DNA of 60,683 bases from Heterodontus francisci (Eukaryota): assembly GCF_036365525.1 (NCBI RefSeq), contig NW_027141754.1:1-60683 (forward strand), written 5' to 3'. Position 1 is the stretch's first letter; each line of letters opens with the position of its first letter. The notes below the pieces were generated by a model that saw nothing but the letters and a program-made list of their open reading frames with translations, was not told the origin of the DNA and did no database searches. Shown here one piece after another: positions 22,609 through 35,023 of this stretch. Made by a program: the position numbers and the translations under genes.

Positions 22609-24083
22609 GTTTGTAGAGGCTTGATCTTCAACAGCGGAGAGGTTTGCATATGAACGGAGTCCGCTGGTCAGAGATTCAAAGAGTCCATTCTGCCTGTCGA
22701 ATCTGTGCTGACTCTTTCAGTGAGTAATCCAGTCATTCGCATTCCAGGCCCCCCCTGCTCTTTCCCCATATCCCTGCTAATTTATTTTATCCAATTCCCC
22801 CCTTTTGAAAGTTACTATTGAATCTGCTTCCGCCGCCCTTTCAGGCAGCGCGTTCCAGATCACAACAACTCCCTGCGTTAGAATAAAAATTCTCCTCCTC
22901 TCTCCCCCCACCCTCTGGTTCCTTTACCGATTATCTTAAATCTGTGTCCCTTCAGCTGAACAGGCTGGGGCTCTTTTTCTCTCGAAAAGAGAAGGCTGAG
23001 GGGATGACCTGATTGAGGTCTTTCAAATTACAAAGAGGCTTCGGTAGGGTAGACGTAGAGATGTTTCCACTTGTGTGGGGTGGAGACCAGAACTAGGGGG
23101 GGTCATCCATATAAGACGGTCGCTAATAAATCCAACAGGGGAATTCAGGAGAAACGTCTTCACCCGGAGAGCGGTGAGAATGTGGGGACTCGTTACCCAC
23201 AGGGAGTGGGTTGAGGGCGAACGGCGTTGATGCATTTAAAGGAGGGGGGAAGCTGGATAAACACACGAGGGAGAAAGGAATAGAAGGATATGGTGATGGG
23301 GGTGGGGGGGGGTGCGGGGTGGGGAGATGAAGTAGGGGGTGGGAGGAGGCTCGTGTGGAACAGATGGGCCGAGTGACCTGTCTCTGTGCGGTGAAATGCT
23401 GACTAATTCTATCGTTAGAAAGATTACACGTCTGCACAAAGGCTTGCAACCGCCTCCTACAAGGCCAGCTTGCACATGCTGATATTTAGATTCACGTTAT
23501 CTCTCCAAGCTGTAGACTCAATGTCACCGTTATTATGTCTTGTTAACCTTGAACACTGATGTTTATCCGTGCACCTCAAAGCCGTGAGAGGTCAGAATAG
23601 TGACAGGTATTTTGCAGGCCTGGATATCTCTCCAGCGAAGGCTGAGGGGTGTTGTTGGTTGCACGGGTCGTGTGAGGTAATGCAGTTAGAAAGGTATAAG
23701 GGAGGAGAAATTCTGAAGTGAGGTTAGCAGCAGGAAGGCAGGCGGAGAGCATGCGCGGGTGGGAGGGTGGAGCGAAGGTTGAGGATGGCTGCGGGTAACA
23801 CACGCACCTCTGTGTCAGAACGTTGTGGGTTCAAATCCCACTCGAGAGACGCGAGCGCAAAAGTTTGGGCCTGGCGATCCCCCGGGGTCAGCGCTGCCCC
23901 CTTGGCGACCGGTCGGAGGGAACGCTGCGCTTTACTTCATTACGCTTCCCATTAAAAAAAAAAAATTTTGAATACGCAGTTTTAAAACTCTGATATTTTA
24001 ATGAGACTTTTTAACCTTTACAAGAAAATCCTGCGACGTTCCCTTTAACGGGGTAAACTGATATCCCTCTCTTTCCTCCACAG

Positions 24084-24186
24084 TCCGAGCGGTACTGTCC
24101 TTTCCTCTGTGGAGCAGGTGAGGATGTACCTCTTGACCGAGGGAGCTTGTAAGTGTGGCCTGGAATGTCCTCTGATATTGCACAAG
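24084..24186 (+). CDS. MBD6: MBD6 coding exon 2 ([34 protein letters not shown])
   Basis: CKCGLECPL signature of MBD5/6; 103 nt. Confidence 0.95.
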
Positions 24187-24249
24187 GTAGGTTGGAACTG
24201 TGTTCTGGCCCTCATAATCGGAGTGCATTCAGTATTCCGTAGGAATCCC

Positions 24250-24870
24250 TCAGGATCATAGGACTGTACAGCGCAGGAGTGCATTCGGCCCATCATGCCT
24301 GTGCCAAGCTCTTTGAACAATCTATCCAATTAGTCCCCGCTCCCCCCTTTCCCCTGCTTCTTTTCCCCGCCCCCCCCCCCCCCCCCACATCCCTGCCAAT
24401 TTCCCCCCTTCCAGTATTTATCCAATTCCCCCTTCTGGAAGTTACTATTGAATCTGCTTCCACCGCCCTTTCAGGCAGCGCGTTCCAGATCACAACAACT
24501 CCCCGCGTTAAAAAAGAAATGAAATTCTCCGCCCCCCCCCCCCCGCCCCTCTGGTTCCTTTACCGATTTTCTTAAATCTGTGTCCCCTCTGGTTACCGAC
24601 CCTCCCGAGACTGCAGACAGTTTCTCCCTCTCTCTCTCTCTCTACTCTATCCAAACCCCGTTCCCGGTTCCGAACGCCTCCATTAAATCTCCCCCTTAAC
24701 CTTCTCTGCTCCGAGGAAGAACAATCCCAGCTTCTCCCAGTCTCTCCGCATTGACTCAAGTCCCTCGTTCCCCCGGGGACCGTTCTGCTCAATCTCCTTC
24801 CCCCCCCCCCCCCACCCCGCCCTCTCCCAAGGCCCCGACATCCTTCCCTAAAGTGCGGGGACCGGAATAG
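24250..24870 (-). mobile_element. CR1-type LINE 3' fragment
   Basis: IWNALPERAVEADSIVT motif; inverted relative to 32780-33410. Confidence 0.7.
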
Positions 24871-25050
24871 GGACAATTCTGTGGCATCACAGAAAGGTAC
24901 ACGGTGAGCTCGGTGGGCTTGGGTCACTCCTCCCGCCTGTCTGACGGTTTGAGGAGGTCAAAGCTGGTTGCGTTGCCGCGTGCACAGATTAATCAACCCT
25001 CCTCCTCCTCCTCCTCCTCCCGCCTCCCCCCTCCCCCCTGTCGCACGCAG

Positions 25051-25225
25051 GTGTTCAGCTTTGATCCAGCAGCGACCGTTAAACAGAGAACAACCGAGGA
25101 CGTCAAAGCAGACGAGGATGTGACGAAACTCTGCAATCACAAGAGGAAAGTTGTCGCCATGGCAACCCTCCACAAAAGCATGGAGACACCTCGCCCGTCG
25201 CTGACGCCCGGCATCCCTACGACTG
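25051..25225 (+). CDS. MBD6: MBD6 coding exon 3 (VFSFDPAATVKQRTTEDVKADEDVTKLCNHKRK...)
   Basis: VF.FDP and LC.HKRK motifs; 175 nt. Confidence 0.93.
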
Positions 25226-25636
25226 GTGCGTGGCAATTAAAAATCAGAGAGAGGGAAAAAAAAAAACTGTCCGCGACCGCCTCCACAAAAAGGAAGGAAG
25301 GGTTTGCGGTTTTCTCCAGTACCTTTAACCGCCTCGGACTGTCCCGAAACGCCGAACAGGCGAGTGGGGTGGGAGGGGGGGTGCTTTTCAAACGCAAGAC
25401 GCAGTCGTGTACGCCAGCCAGTTTACACACGCCTCGCCCCCCCAAACCCCGGCGGTTGCAGAAGGCACCACCGCCTTCTGGGGGGGGGGGGGGGGGGGCA
25501 ACGAGCTCTGGCCTCGCCAGCGACTCTCACAACCCGTGAAGGAATTTTTGAAAAAAAATAATTGGCGACTGTTAATAAATTCCGAGAATGTGGCATTGAG
25601 GATTTATTTTGTTGTTGTTTCTGTTCTGAATTTCAG

Positions 25637-27376
25637 GGGGAAACTGCAGCCAGTTTTCGCACGCTCCTCCTCTGGGATTGAAGAAGGTGATGAGTAAGGC
25701 ACCCCCCGCCCTGGCACCCGAGCACAAGAACGCTTTTCTCTCCAAGTTATTGGCGGCTCCCGGCCCGACGGCGAGACCCTTCCAGCCGGGGCAGACCCTG
25801 GGTCAGAGGCCGGAGGCCCGTCCCCCGTGCGCCCGGCAGAGGCACGGCAGCTCGGACCACAGGCAGATGTCTCCCCGGGGCTGGGGGCAAGGGGACGGGG
25901 TCAGCTCGATGGAGGCTGGCCCCCAGTCGCCCAGGCTTGAAGCTAGGACTCACTCCACCTGCAGCCAGGAGCTGCGACCGGGCTCCACTCACGCCCCACG
26001 CCGGAACCCGTCGGCCCCCGCCGTCTTGCCCCAGAAACCTCAGGCGCCTTGCGTCCCGGTTGCCCGCCCTCATCCTCCCCTCCGCTCTCCAAAGAGTCCC
26101 GCGCTGAAGACCCCCTGCGGTTTTGCCCCGGGACCCGAGGCCGCGGTGGCCCCCGCTTTGTTCTTGAGGCCCTGCGATGCGTGGGACCAGGCGCTCTGCC
26201 CCGGGAGCGATCCCCTTGGCCTCCTCCGCCCCGTCCCCGCCAGCCCGGAGAGTCCGGGCGGCACCGTGCCCGCGAGCGGGCCCCCCGGGCAGCCTCAGGT
26301 CTCCGCCGTGAATGTAAACCTGCCTTCTGCCGCCTTGCCGCCGTCAGGCAGGGCGGGTCACGGGGACTGTGCGGCCAGGTCGCCGCAGGGGTCGCGCCCC
26401 TCGTCCGTCTCCTCCTCCTCCTCCTCTGACCAAGGGGGCCGTGCATTTCAGTCCCCCCGCAGCTCCTCCCGACCTCTCTGCAGATCCCCGCGGACCCTGA
26501 GCTCGCCCATGTCTCCTCTGCCGCCCAGCCCGACTGCCAAGTCTGACGGGATCCTCAGGTCCTACCATGACCTACCCAGCCTGCTCTCCTCCTCCTCCTC
26601 CTCGGTGGGCGTTGGCCACCAAAGCCAGCTGCCCGCACCACCAGAGACCCCAGCCCAGCCCAGCCTGCTCGGCATGCCTTTAAGCCAGATCTTTGGCCAT
26701 CACAACGCTGCCTTCTTCCCGGCCAGCAGCCTGCTCTCTGCCGCGGCCAAAGCCCAGCTAGCCAGCCAGAGCAAGGCGGTTGCCGGCGAGCCCGGGGCCC
26801 CAAGCACTTTACCAAACGGTTACCCCCTGCCCGGGTTCCTGGGCCCCGCGGCTGGGGGCGGGCAGGCCCGACTGACGGCGCCGTCTCCCAGGGACCCCTC
26901 CCGCAGGCGGAAGCCCGCCACGCCGACTGTACTGAGCATGCTCAGACAGTCGCACGGCCTGCGGCTTGAATCCGACTCCCCGAGGAGCAAGGTGCCCGGG
27001 CAGGCTGTGCCGCAGACGCTCCACTCCTCCTGCTCTCCGGCAAACGGCGGTGCCAGCGGCGCTGTCACTGCCACTGCTCCTGCCTCCCCTCCGTCCTTCC
27101 TGCCTTGTCATGACAGCCAGCTGAGCCCCATGGCCCCCGGCCTATCCTGCCCCTCGGCCCACAGCCTGCTTCTAATGAATGTGCCTGTTGAAGAAGGAAC
27201 CTCTTGCCAAAGTATAAGCACTAACTTAGTCCCAGGCTATCAGGATGCCGGCAGTCCCCTGCTGGGCCTGGTCGCTCAGCTCGAGCCAGCGTCTGGGAGC
27301 AACGCGCCGTTACTGAAAATCCCGGCCTCCGCCTTGCTGGCGGTTCCCGGCAGCGTCCGGAATGTCGCCAATCCCG
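25637..27376 (+). CDS. MBD6: MBD6 coding exon 4 (large Pro/Ser-rich exon)
   Basis: 1740-nt open exon, tttcag|...|gtaagc, contains FFPASSLLSAAAKAQLASQ. Confidence 0.9.
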
Positions 27377-27549
27377 GTAAGCACGGAGGGCTGTTTCGAC
27401 CTGCGCGCTGGGCAGGAGAGAAGCACGGGCGTGAAGCAAAGCGACGGATGCGTTCGATCCTTTTGAACTAAGCACCGGCGCCAAGGGGGGAAGTGATCAG
27501 TTCCTTCACTCCGACTAACACAAACTCTGTTCCCCAGCCACTGAGCTCA

Positions 27550-28270
27550 GCCTCAGTATGAGTTCCCCCACACCCCGCATTGCATCATTTTCACACTCCA
27601 TCCTCCACGCTGCTGTCCGTTTCAGCATTCTCTCTGTCAACCTGAAGCCTGTAACCATCTTCATCTCTGTCGACTACTTTGCCAAGCTTCCTATCATCAT
27701 CTGCTGCTCCCTTCACCCGGGTCTCTTGTCGTTTTATAAAAAAAAAATTTAAGAGTAATCGACCCCAAAATTTAAGAGTAATCGACCCCAAAAACCGACC
27801 TTTGGGGAAACACCACTGCGAGCCATCTGGGGAGTCACTTACCACCCAGTCCGTGCCGGCTCTCCACGGAGCGGTCAGCCCGCGCTCGGTCCCCCGTCGC
27901 CCTGCGGGTTTATTTCCCCTCACGTGCCCGTCCACTCTCCTTCCGAAATCATCGATCGTCTCCCGCTTCCACCACCCTCGTCGGCAGTGAGCTCCGAGTC
28001 TGGGAAGACATCCGCTGCCACCAGCCTGTCAGTGAGACAATTCCTTGTGGGTACTGCCGCTTTACCCTTCCCTCCACGGGCTTCCATCTTCTTAATGAGC
28101 CTCCCGTTTGGCACTTTGTCAGGCGCCTTCCGAAAGTCCATCTACACAACATCCACTGCACTACCTCAAATCAACCTCCTCCGTTACCTCATCAAAGAAT
28201 TTAATCCGGTTATTCGGGCGCAGTTTGATCATCATAAATCCATGCTGCCTCTCCTTAACTGACCCATGCC
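27550..28270 (-). mobile_element. Degenerate CR1 RT fragment
   Basis: MDFRKAPDKVP (MDFxKAFDKVP-like) and ADD.KLG motifs. Confidence 0.6.
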
Positions 28271-28968
28271 TTTCAAATGCTGGCGTTTAAGCTCGACGGC
28301 AGTCTGCTCCTGCTCATCGAACTCAATCAGCATAACTCTGTCCCTCCTTCCCTCGTGCTTATCCAGCTTTACTCTGTATCTAACCCCCGTGCTGTGCCTG
28401 TCCTGGGAGTGTTTGATGGGGGACAGTGCAGAGGGAGCTTTACTCTGTATCGAACCCCCCTGTACTGTACCTGTCCTGGGAGTGTTTGATGGGGGACAGT
28501 GTAGAGGGAGCTTTACTCTGTATCTAACCCCCGTACTGTACCTGTCCTGGGAGTGTTTGATGGGGGACAGTGTAGAGGGAGCTTTACTCTGTATCTAACC
28601 CCCCCCGTGCTGTACCTGTCCCTGGGAGTGTTTGATGGGGGACAGTGTAGAGGGAGCTTTACTCTGTATCTAGCCCCCGTGCTGTACCTGTCCTGGGAGT
28701 GTTTGATGGGGACAGTTAGAGAGAGCTTTACTCTGTATCTAACCCCCCGTACTGTACCTGTCCTGGGAGTGTTTGATGGGGGACAGTGTAGAGGGAGCTT
28801 TACTCTGTATCTAACCCCCCCCCCCCGTGCTGTACCTGTCCCTGGGAGTGTTTGATGGGGGACAGTGTAGAGGGAGCTTTACTCTGTATCTAGCCCCCGT
28901 GCTGTACCTGTCCTGGGAGTGTTTGATGGGGACAGTGTAGAGGGAGCTTTACTCTGTATCTAACCCCG

Positions 28969-29350
28969 TTTTTTTTTTTTTGGTGACCTTTATACCCCAG
29001 ACCCCTTTTATATATTTTTTATGTCGAGGGGGCCTTTATTCCTCAGGCCCCCTTTATATATTTTTTATGTCGAGGGGGCCTTTATTCCTCAGGCCCCCTT
29101 TATATACACACTTATATTTTTAAAATAACTTTATTAAAACCAGATAAATAAACAAAAAACTCAAATTAAAATGCCGTTTTTTTTTGGTTTTTTTTATGTC
29201 GAGGGGGCCTTTATTCCTCAGGCCCCCATTATATATATTTTATATGTCGAGGGGGCCTTTATTCCTCAGGCCCCCTTTATATACACACTTATATTTTTAA
29301 AATAACTTTATTAAAACCAGATAAATAAACAAAAAACTCAAATTAAAATG
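28969..29350 (-). mobile_element. Two tandem 3' tails of the Tx1-type element
   Basis: Poly-T, hairpin sub-repeats and ctcaaattaaaatgcc (ORF2 end GILI*), as at 45970-46053. Confidence 0.8.
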
Positions 29351-29601
29351 CCGTGCTGTACCTGCCCTGGGAGTGTTTGATGGGGACAGTGTAGAGGGAG
29401 CTTTACTCTGTATCTAACCCCCCCGTTTTTTTTTTTAACATTATGACAGCCACCAGCGGCTCGCTGAATTCATCCGCTGAGGGGAGGGGTGTGACTGGGC
29501 CTCACCAGACAGGAAAGGCCCTGCCCTCACTCCCCGGCCTGTGCTGAGTCAAATGTGATGGACACAGTGTAGAGGGAGCTTTACTCTGTATCTAACCCCC
29601 G

Positions 29602-29987
29602 TTTTCTTTTATAAGGTGACCTTTATACCCCAGGCCCCTTTTATATTTTCCACATCGAGGGGGCCTTTATTCCTCAGGCCCCCTTTATATACATATTTAC
29701 AGTTTTAAAATAACTTTATTAAAACTAGATAAATAAACAAAAAACTCAAATTAAAATGCCATTCTCGGCATCAACGATGCACTCCAGTCCCTGCGGTGCC
29801 CACCGGTCACGGAAGGCCTCAAGCATACCGGCGGACACCGCAGGCTCCTTGTCCAGGGACACCCGGGCGCGAACGTAACCGTGGAAGAGGGGCAGGCAAT
29901 CGGGGAGGACGGACCCCCCGACGGCCCGCAACCTGGACCTGTGAATTGCCACCTTGGCCAGGCCCAGGAGCAGACCGACGAGGAGAT
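29602..29987 (-). mobile_element. 5'-truncated Tx1-type element (ORF2 C-terminus and 3' UTR)
   Basis: AIHRSRLRAVGG...IVDAENGILI* nearly identical to 45740-45982. Confidence 0.88.
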
Positions 29988-30625
29988 AGTGTTTGATGGG
30001 GACAGTATAGAGGGAGCTTTACTCTGTATCTAACCCCCGTGCTGTACTTGCCCTGGGAGTGTTTGATGGGGACAGTATAGAGGGAGCTTTACTCTGTATC
30101 TAACCCCGTGCTGTACCTGTCCTGGGGAGTGTTTGATGGGGGACACTGTAGAGGGAGCTTTACTCTGTATCTAACCCCCCGTACTGTACCTGTCCTGGGG
30201 AGTGTTTGATGGGGACAGTGTAGAGGGAGCTTTACTCTGTATCTAACCCCCGTGCTGTACCTGTCCTGGGGAGTGTTTGATGGGGGACAGTGTAGAGGAA
30301 GCTTTACTCTGTGTCTAACCCCCGTACTGTACCTGTCCTGGGGAGTGTTTGATGGGGGACAGTGTAGAGGGAGCTTTACTCTGTATCTAACCCCCGTACT
30401 GTACCTGTCCTGGGGAGTGTTTGATGGGGGACAGTGTAGAGGGAGCTTTACTCTGTATCTAACCCCCGTACTGTACCTGTCCTGGGGAGTGTTTGATGGG
30501 GGACAGTGTAGAGGGAGCTTTACTCTGTGTCTAACCCCCGTACTGTACCTGTCCTGGGGAGTGTTTGATGGGGGACAGTGTATTTCTGTTAATTGCTTTT
30601 AAGACCCTCTGTTTCCTGTTTGCAG

Positions 30626-31398
30626 AAGCTGTTTCTCCGCCTGCCTCTATCTCCATGGCGGGCAGAGGTCACCCCGCCATCACCAAGACAACGTCAGTTC
30701 TCAACCCTGGTGTCGTGGTTACCAGTACAGTAAATGAGTCACTGCCTGGGCAGCTGCCTCTCGGAGAGGGCTTCCCGTTCATCAGCCAGGATCAAGTGCT
30801 TCCATTCGGGCAGACAGTGCCCAGTAGCCCTGGGTTTCCCGGAACTCTGAACCCCAGCCTGCTTGGCCCGTTGCCCATCCCCTTCCCTGTCAGCCAGCCA
30901 CAGACCCTGAACCAGAATCCCTTAAACCTGGTTCCCACTACAATGGAAGGGCAGGGAGACGCCATACCGAACCTCTTCGGGTTACTTAACCCTACTCTCC
31001 AGACAGCTTTATCTCCAACTTCCAACGACGCCGATGGACAGACACTACAAGCCTTGCAGATTCTTGTCACTGCTCTGCTTCAGAGCCACTCCCCGGCAGC
31101 CATTCTCCCCCTGGCATCCATCAACCTCCCTCTTCCGGACTTGACACAGCAGCCGCCGCCTGTTCTCCAGCTCCCCACCCTTCAGGAGCAGCTGCCCGGC
31201 CAGCCAACCGGGGACAGGCCGGAGGGGCTGCTGGCCAATCCCCTCGGCAACGCTTTCGGCGGACTCTCCGGCAACGACGGGACCTCGCAGCCCCTCCTCT
31301 TCCCGGCGGCACCCGGCGCCCCGGCCTGGCTGGGCCTGAATCCCCAGTTGCTGGCTGCGGTGCTGAGTTCAACAGATGGTGTTACCAGTCAGGCTCAG
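30626..31398 (+). CDS. MBD6: MBD6 coding exon 5 (HPAITKTTSVL...)
   Basis: 773 nt, ttgcag|...|gtatgg, MBD5-like HPAITKTTSVL block. Confidence 0.9.
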
Positions 31399-31721
31399 GT
31401 ATGGGACGGGCGCGTGGCAGAATGGTGTTCCATTGATGAATTTATTTTTGTGTCGGGTGTAACAACATAATCGATCGTTCAGCACCGAGCCTGTTACACA
31501 GGAAGAGTAGGAGGCCCATTCAGCCCCCTCGAGTTCCAGATTTCCGCTCCCCCTTTGTGCTTCCCGACACATCACCCCTGAACGGCCCGGGCTCTAACTT
31601 TAACGTAATTCAAATAGGAAACGCTGGAAATAGTCCCAGACAGTGTCAATGGAGAGAGAAGCAGAGTTAATGTTTCAGGTTGGTGCCCTTTCCTGTTGAA
31701 GTGCGCGATTGAGTTTTGTGT

Positions 31722-31859
31722 NNNNNNNNNNNNNNNNNNNNNNNNNNNNNNNNNNNNNNNNNNNNNNNNNNNNNNNNNNNNNNNNNNNNNNNNNNNNNNN
31801 NNNNNNNNNNNNNNNNNNNNNNNNNNNNNNNNNNNNNNNNNNNNNNNNNNNNNNNNNNN
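31722..31859. other. Assembly gap (138 N), probably within a CT/GT microsatellite
   Basis: Run of n flanked by tgtgt and ctctct. Confidence 0.99.
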
Positions 31860-31879
31860 CTCTCTCTCCACCTCCGCAG

Positions 31880-32060
31880 GTCTGCAATTCGTCCGTTCCC
31901 TTGGGATCCACTGCCTCGACCTCCTCCCCTGCCTCCCCTAACCTGGAGGGTAACACGGCGATGTCGGCGAGCGAGTCAATGCTGCCGTTAACTGGACATG
32001 GGAAAATCCACGCCTTAATGCCTCATCTCCTGAACCCTCTGCTGGGAGCCAGTTTGCTGG
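31880..32060 (+). CDS. MBD6: MBD6 coding exon 6
   Basis: 181 nt, ccgcag|...|gtgaga, LLNPLLGASLLG. Confidence 0.88.
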
Positions 32061-32201
32061 GTGAGAGTTATTGATGTACGGTGTAGAATCATTTAAGGGG
32101 GAAGCTGGATAAACACACATTGGGGGGGGTGGTGGGGGGGGGGTGGGAAAGGAATAGAATGGCCTGCTTCTGTGATGTAATCTCTCGTCTTCTCCCTTCA
32201 G

Positions 32202-32419
32202 GTGACCTGTCCGCGTTGAACAGCAGCCTGAACGAGCCGCAGCTGCCGGGGATGCAGGCAATGCTGAACGGCAACCCCTGGCAGCTGCAGCAACAGCAGC
32301 CCCTGATACAAACTCTCCAGGGACCTTTGGGCATCCAGCTGCTTCCGAGCCAGACCCCCCTGACAGGACAAGCAAATCATCACACTAACCCCCTCGCCTG
32401 CCTCTTCCAGAATGTCCAG
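32202..32419 (+). CDS. MBD6: MBD6 coding exon 7 (ends NPLACLFQNVQ)
   Basis: 218 nt, cttcag|...|gtgagt. Confidence 0.9.
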
Positions 32420-32599
32420 GTGAGTCTGCGTGTCTCCGGTCTCTCGCTCTACCTCTGCCCCTCCTCTTCTGACCCATACTGGGTCCATCAACACACAGTA
32501 CAATCCCCCACCCCTCCATATGTCTAAAACAGGCAGTCGCTAACAGTTAACCTTTTGCATTAATGTCTGTCTTTAAAAGGTCACTGCTCAGACAGCGAA

Positions 32600-33410
32600 G
32601 AATGAGGAGAGGCAATATAAACTAAATGACACAGTTTTAAAGGGGGTACAAGAATGGAGAGATCTCGGGGTGGGGGCAGGGTTTGTTGGTGGGGGAGTTT
32701 TGGACATATTATTTGAAGGTGGGAGGACAAGTTGAGAAGGCTCTTTTCTTCATAAAAAAAAAAATAGCATAAGGGATCCTGGCTTTAGTAATCGAGGCAC
32801 AGAGTACAAAAGCAAAGACGTTACACTAAAGCTTTACGAACACTGTTATCCCCCGGCTGGTGTACTGTGTCCCAATCCTGTGCCCCGCTGTTCAGGGAGG
32901 ATGTCGGGGCCTCGAAGAGGGGGTGCGGAGGAGATTGAGCAGAATGGAACCAGGGGACGAGGGACTTCAGTCAATGCGGAGAGGCTGGGAGAATCTGGGA
33001 TTGTTCTTCCTCGGAGCAGAGAAGGTTAAGGGGGAGATTTAATGGAGGCGTTCGGAATCAGGAGGGGGGTTTGGATAGAGTAGAGAGAGAGAGAGAGAGA
33101 AACTGTCTCCAGTGGCGGGAGGGAGGGACACAGATTTAAGATAATCGGTAAAAGAACCAGAGGTGGGGGGAGAGGAGGAGAATTTTTATTTTAATTCGGG
33201 GAGTTGTTGTGATCTGGAACGCGCTGCCTGAAAGGGCGGTGGAAGCAGATTCAATAGTAACTTTCAAAAGGGGGAATTGGATAAATACTGGAAGGGGGGA
33301 AAAGTTTGCAGGGATGTGGGGGGGAAAGAGCAGGAGGGGGGAGAGTGGGGACTAATTGGATAGATCTTTCAAAGAGCCGGCACAGGCCGAATGGGCTCCT
33401 GCTGTGCTGT
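32600..33410 (+). mobile_element. CR1-type LINE 3' fragment
   Basis: YCV..PA / LEE..RR region and IWNALPERAVEA tail. Confidence 0.7.
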
Positions 33411-33915
33411 ATCAGTCTCTGATAGTGTCTTCAAGTGCCCCCGTATTCCAGGCAGAATTGGCCGTCTTCGCCTAGCAGTACTGAGGGAGTGCCTCACTGT
33501 CAGAGGGGCCGTCTTTCGGATATGACACCAAACCGAGGCCCCCGTCTGCCCCCTCAGGTGAAAGTAAAAGATCCCACGGCCACTGTTTTGAAGAAGAGCG
33601 GGGGGGGGGGGGGGGGGGGGGGGGAGGGAGGAGTTCTCCCCGGTGACGGGGGGGTCAATATTTATCCCTCAACCAACATCACTAAAGAAAACCCACGTGA
33701 TCTGGTCATATTCACGTAGCTGTTTGTTGTTAGCTTGCTGTGCGCACATTGGCTGCTGCATCTCTTACAATGCCGCACTGCTGCACACTTCATTGGCTGT
33801 GAAAAGCTTTGGGATGTGGCGGAAGAAGGCGCTGGGTAAATGCAAGACCTTTTGTCCTGTCACCTTGCTTCGAGCTTCTGTTTGACTGATTTCTCACGGT
33901 CTTCCTCTCTCGCAG

Positions 33916-34560
33916 CTGAACATGGGCCAGTCTTTGGCTCCCGGTAAAGCAGGGAGCCTCCCCGACAGCTCCTACACCAGCCCCGCTCCTTCCCACCACC
34001 CTGCCCCAGAGCCCCAGCAGAACCTCGAGGGGATGGAGCCCTGCATCGACGCCCGGGTCAGCGATGGGGCGATGAGCACAGAACCCGGCAGCGACTGCCG
34101 CCAGCCAAGCCCTGCGCCAGCCTTCAGTACCACGAGTGCCTTTACAGCCTCTCTCTCCGAGCCTGGGTCACGGAAGGGAGTTGAGGAGGGGGCGGGCAGC
34201 CAACGTGCCCCGCAGCGGAGCAGCAAGCGGAAGGAGGAGGGCCCACGAGGGACCGGGGTCAGCCACGGTCGGGGCGCGACGAAGGAACATCGCTGTGGGT
34301 GCAGCGTGCGGGCGAACGGAGAAATCTCAGGGCACAACGGTTGCACGGAAGAGCCTCGGGGCACGAGGCGGGAGTGCGTGAATGGACGGTGCGGGCTGGA
34401 CACTGGTATCGGGGGGTCGGCGGAGCATTACCGACACCGGACGTCAGGTTGCAACTGCACGGAGGAAGGGCAGGCCAATGGTTTCCCTTTGAGATCAGGC
34501 AAGCATGGGGGAAAGAGTAATGCACAACACCCCCGTCAGGGGAAGAGAGGGCAAGACAAG
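33916..34560 (+). CDS. MBD6: MBD6 coding exon 8
   Basis: 645-nt open exon, tcgcag|...aag|gtaaga, phase 0/0. Confidence 0.85.
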
Positions 34561-34662
34561 GTAAGAAAAGTGAAAGACAGATTTCTCTCTTTTCCCCCCC
34601 CCCGAAAATTCCACTCTTTACCTCCAATCCCTCGGCTCTGGAGTTCCCTCCCTAAACCTCTC

Positions 34663-34694
<32 letters not shown>

Positions 34695-35023
34695 CTCCTT
34701 TAAGATGCTCCTTAAAACCTCCCTCTTTGACCACCAGTCCCACTATCTCCTTCCCATAGCCCGTTGTCGGATTTTGTCTGGTTTACGCTCTTAATGACGT
34801 CAAGGGCACTGTGTAAACACCATTGTTTGTCGTTGAGCTCGGCTGAGACTCCTAAACTCATTTCAGGCGAGATCCCAACAAAGGACTTTCAATGGGTGCA
34901 CGTTTTCACAGAATCGTGACACGTTCAGGCCTTTGTTTTTTGGCAGCCGTACAATTGACTCACTGTCTCTGTCTTTCCCCCACCCTCCCCCACTCCTACC
35001 ACTGTTGACTGAACCCATCCCAG

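Larger units (their letters stand above)
28365..30582. repeat. ~68-73-bp minisatellite (gggagtgtttgatggggacagtgtagagggagctttactctgtatctaaccccgtgctgtacctgtcct) interrupted by retroelement tails
   Basis: Arrays at 28365-28968 and 29988-30582, with single units between the inserts. Confidence 0.95.

Noticed and set aside
28365-30582. Resemblance of ggagctttactctgt to U2 snRNA
   Set aside because: Only a short partial match; the rest of the unit shows no U2 similarity.
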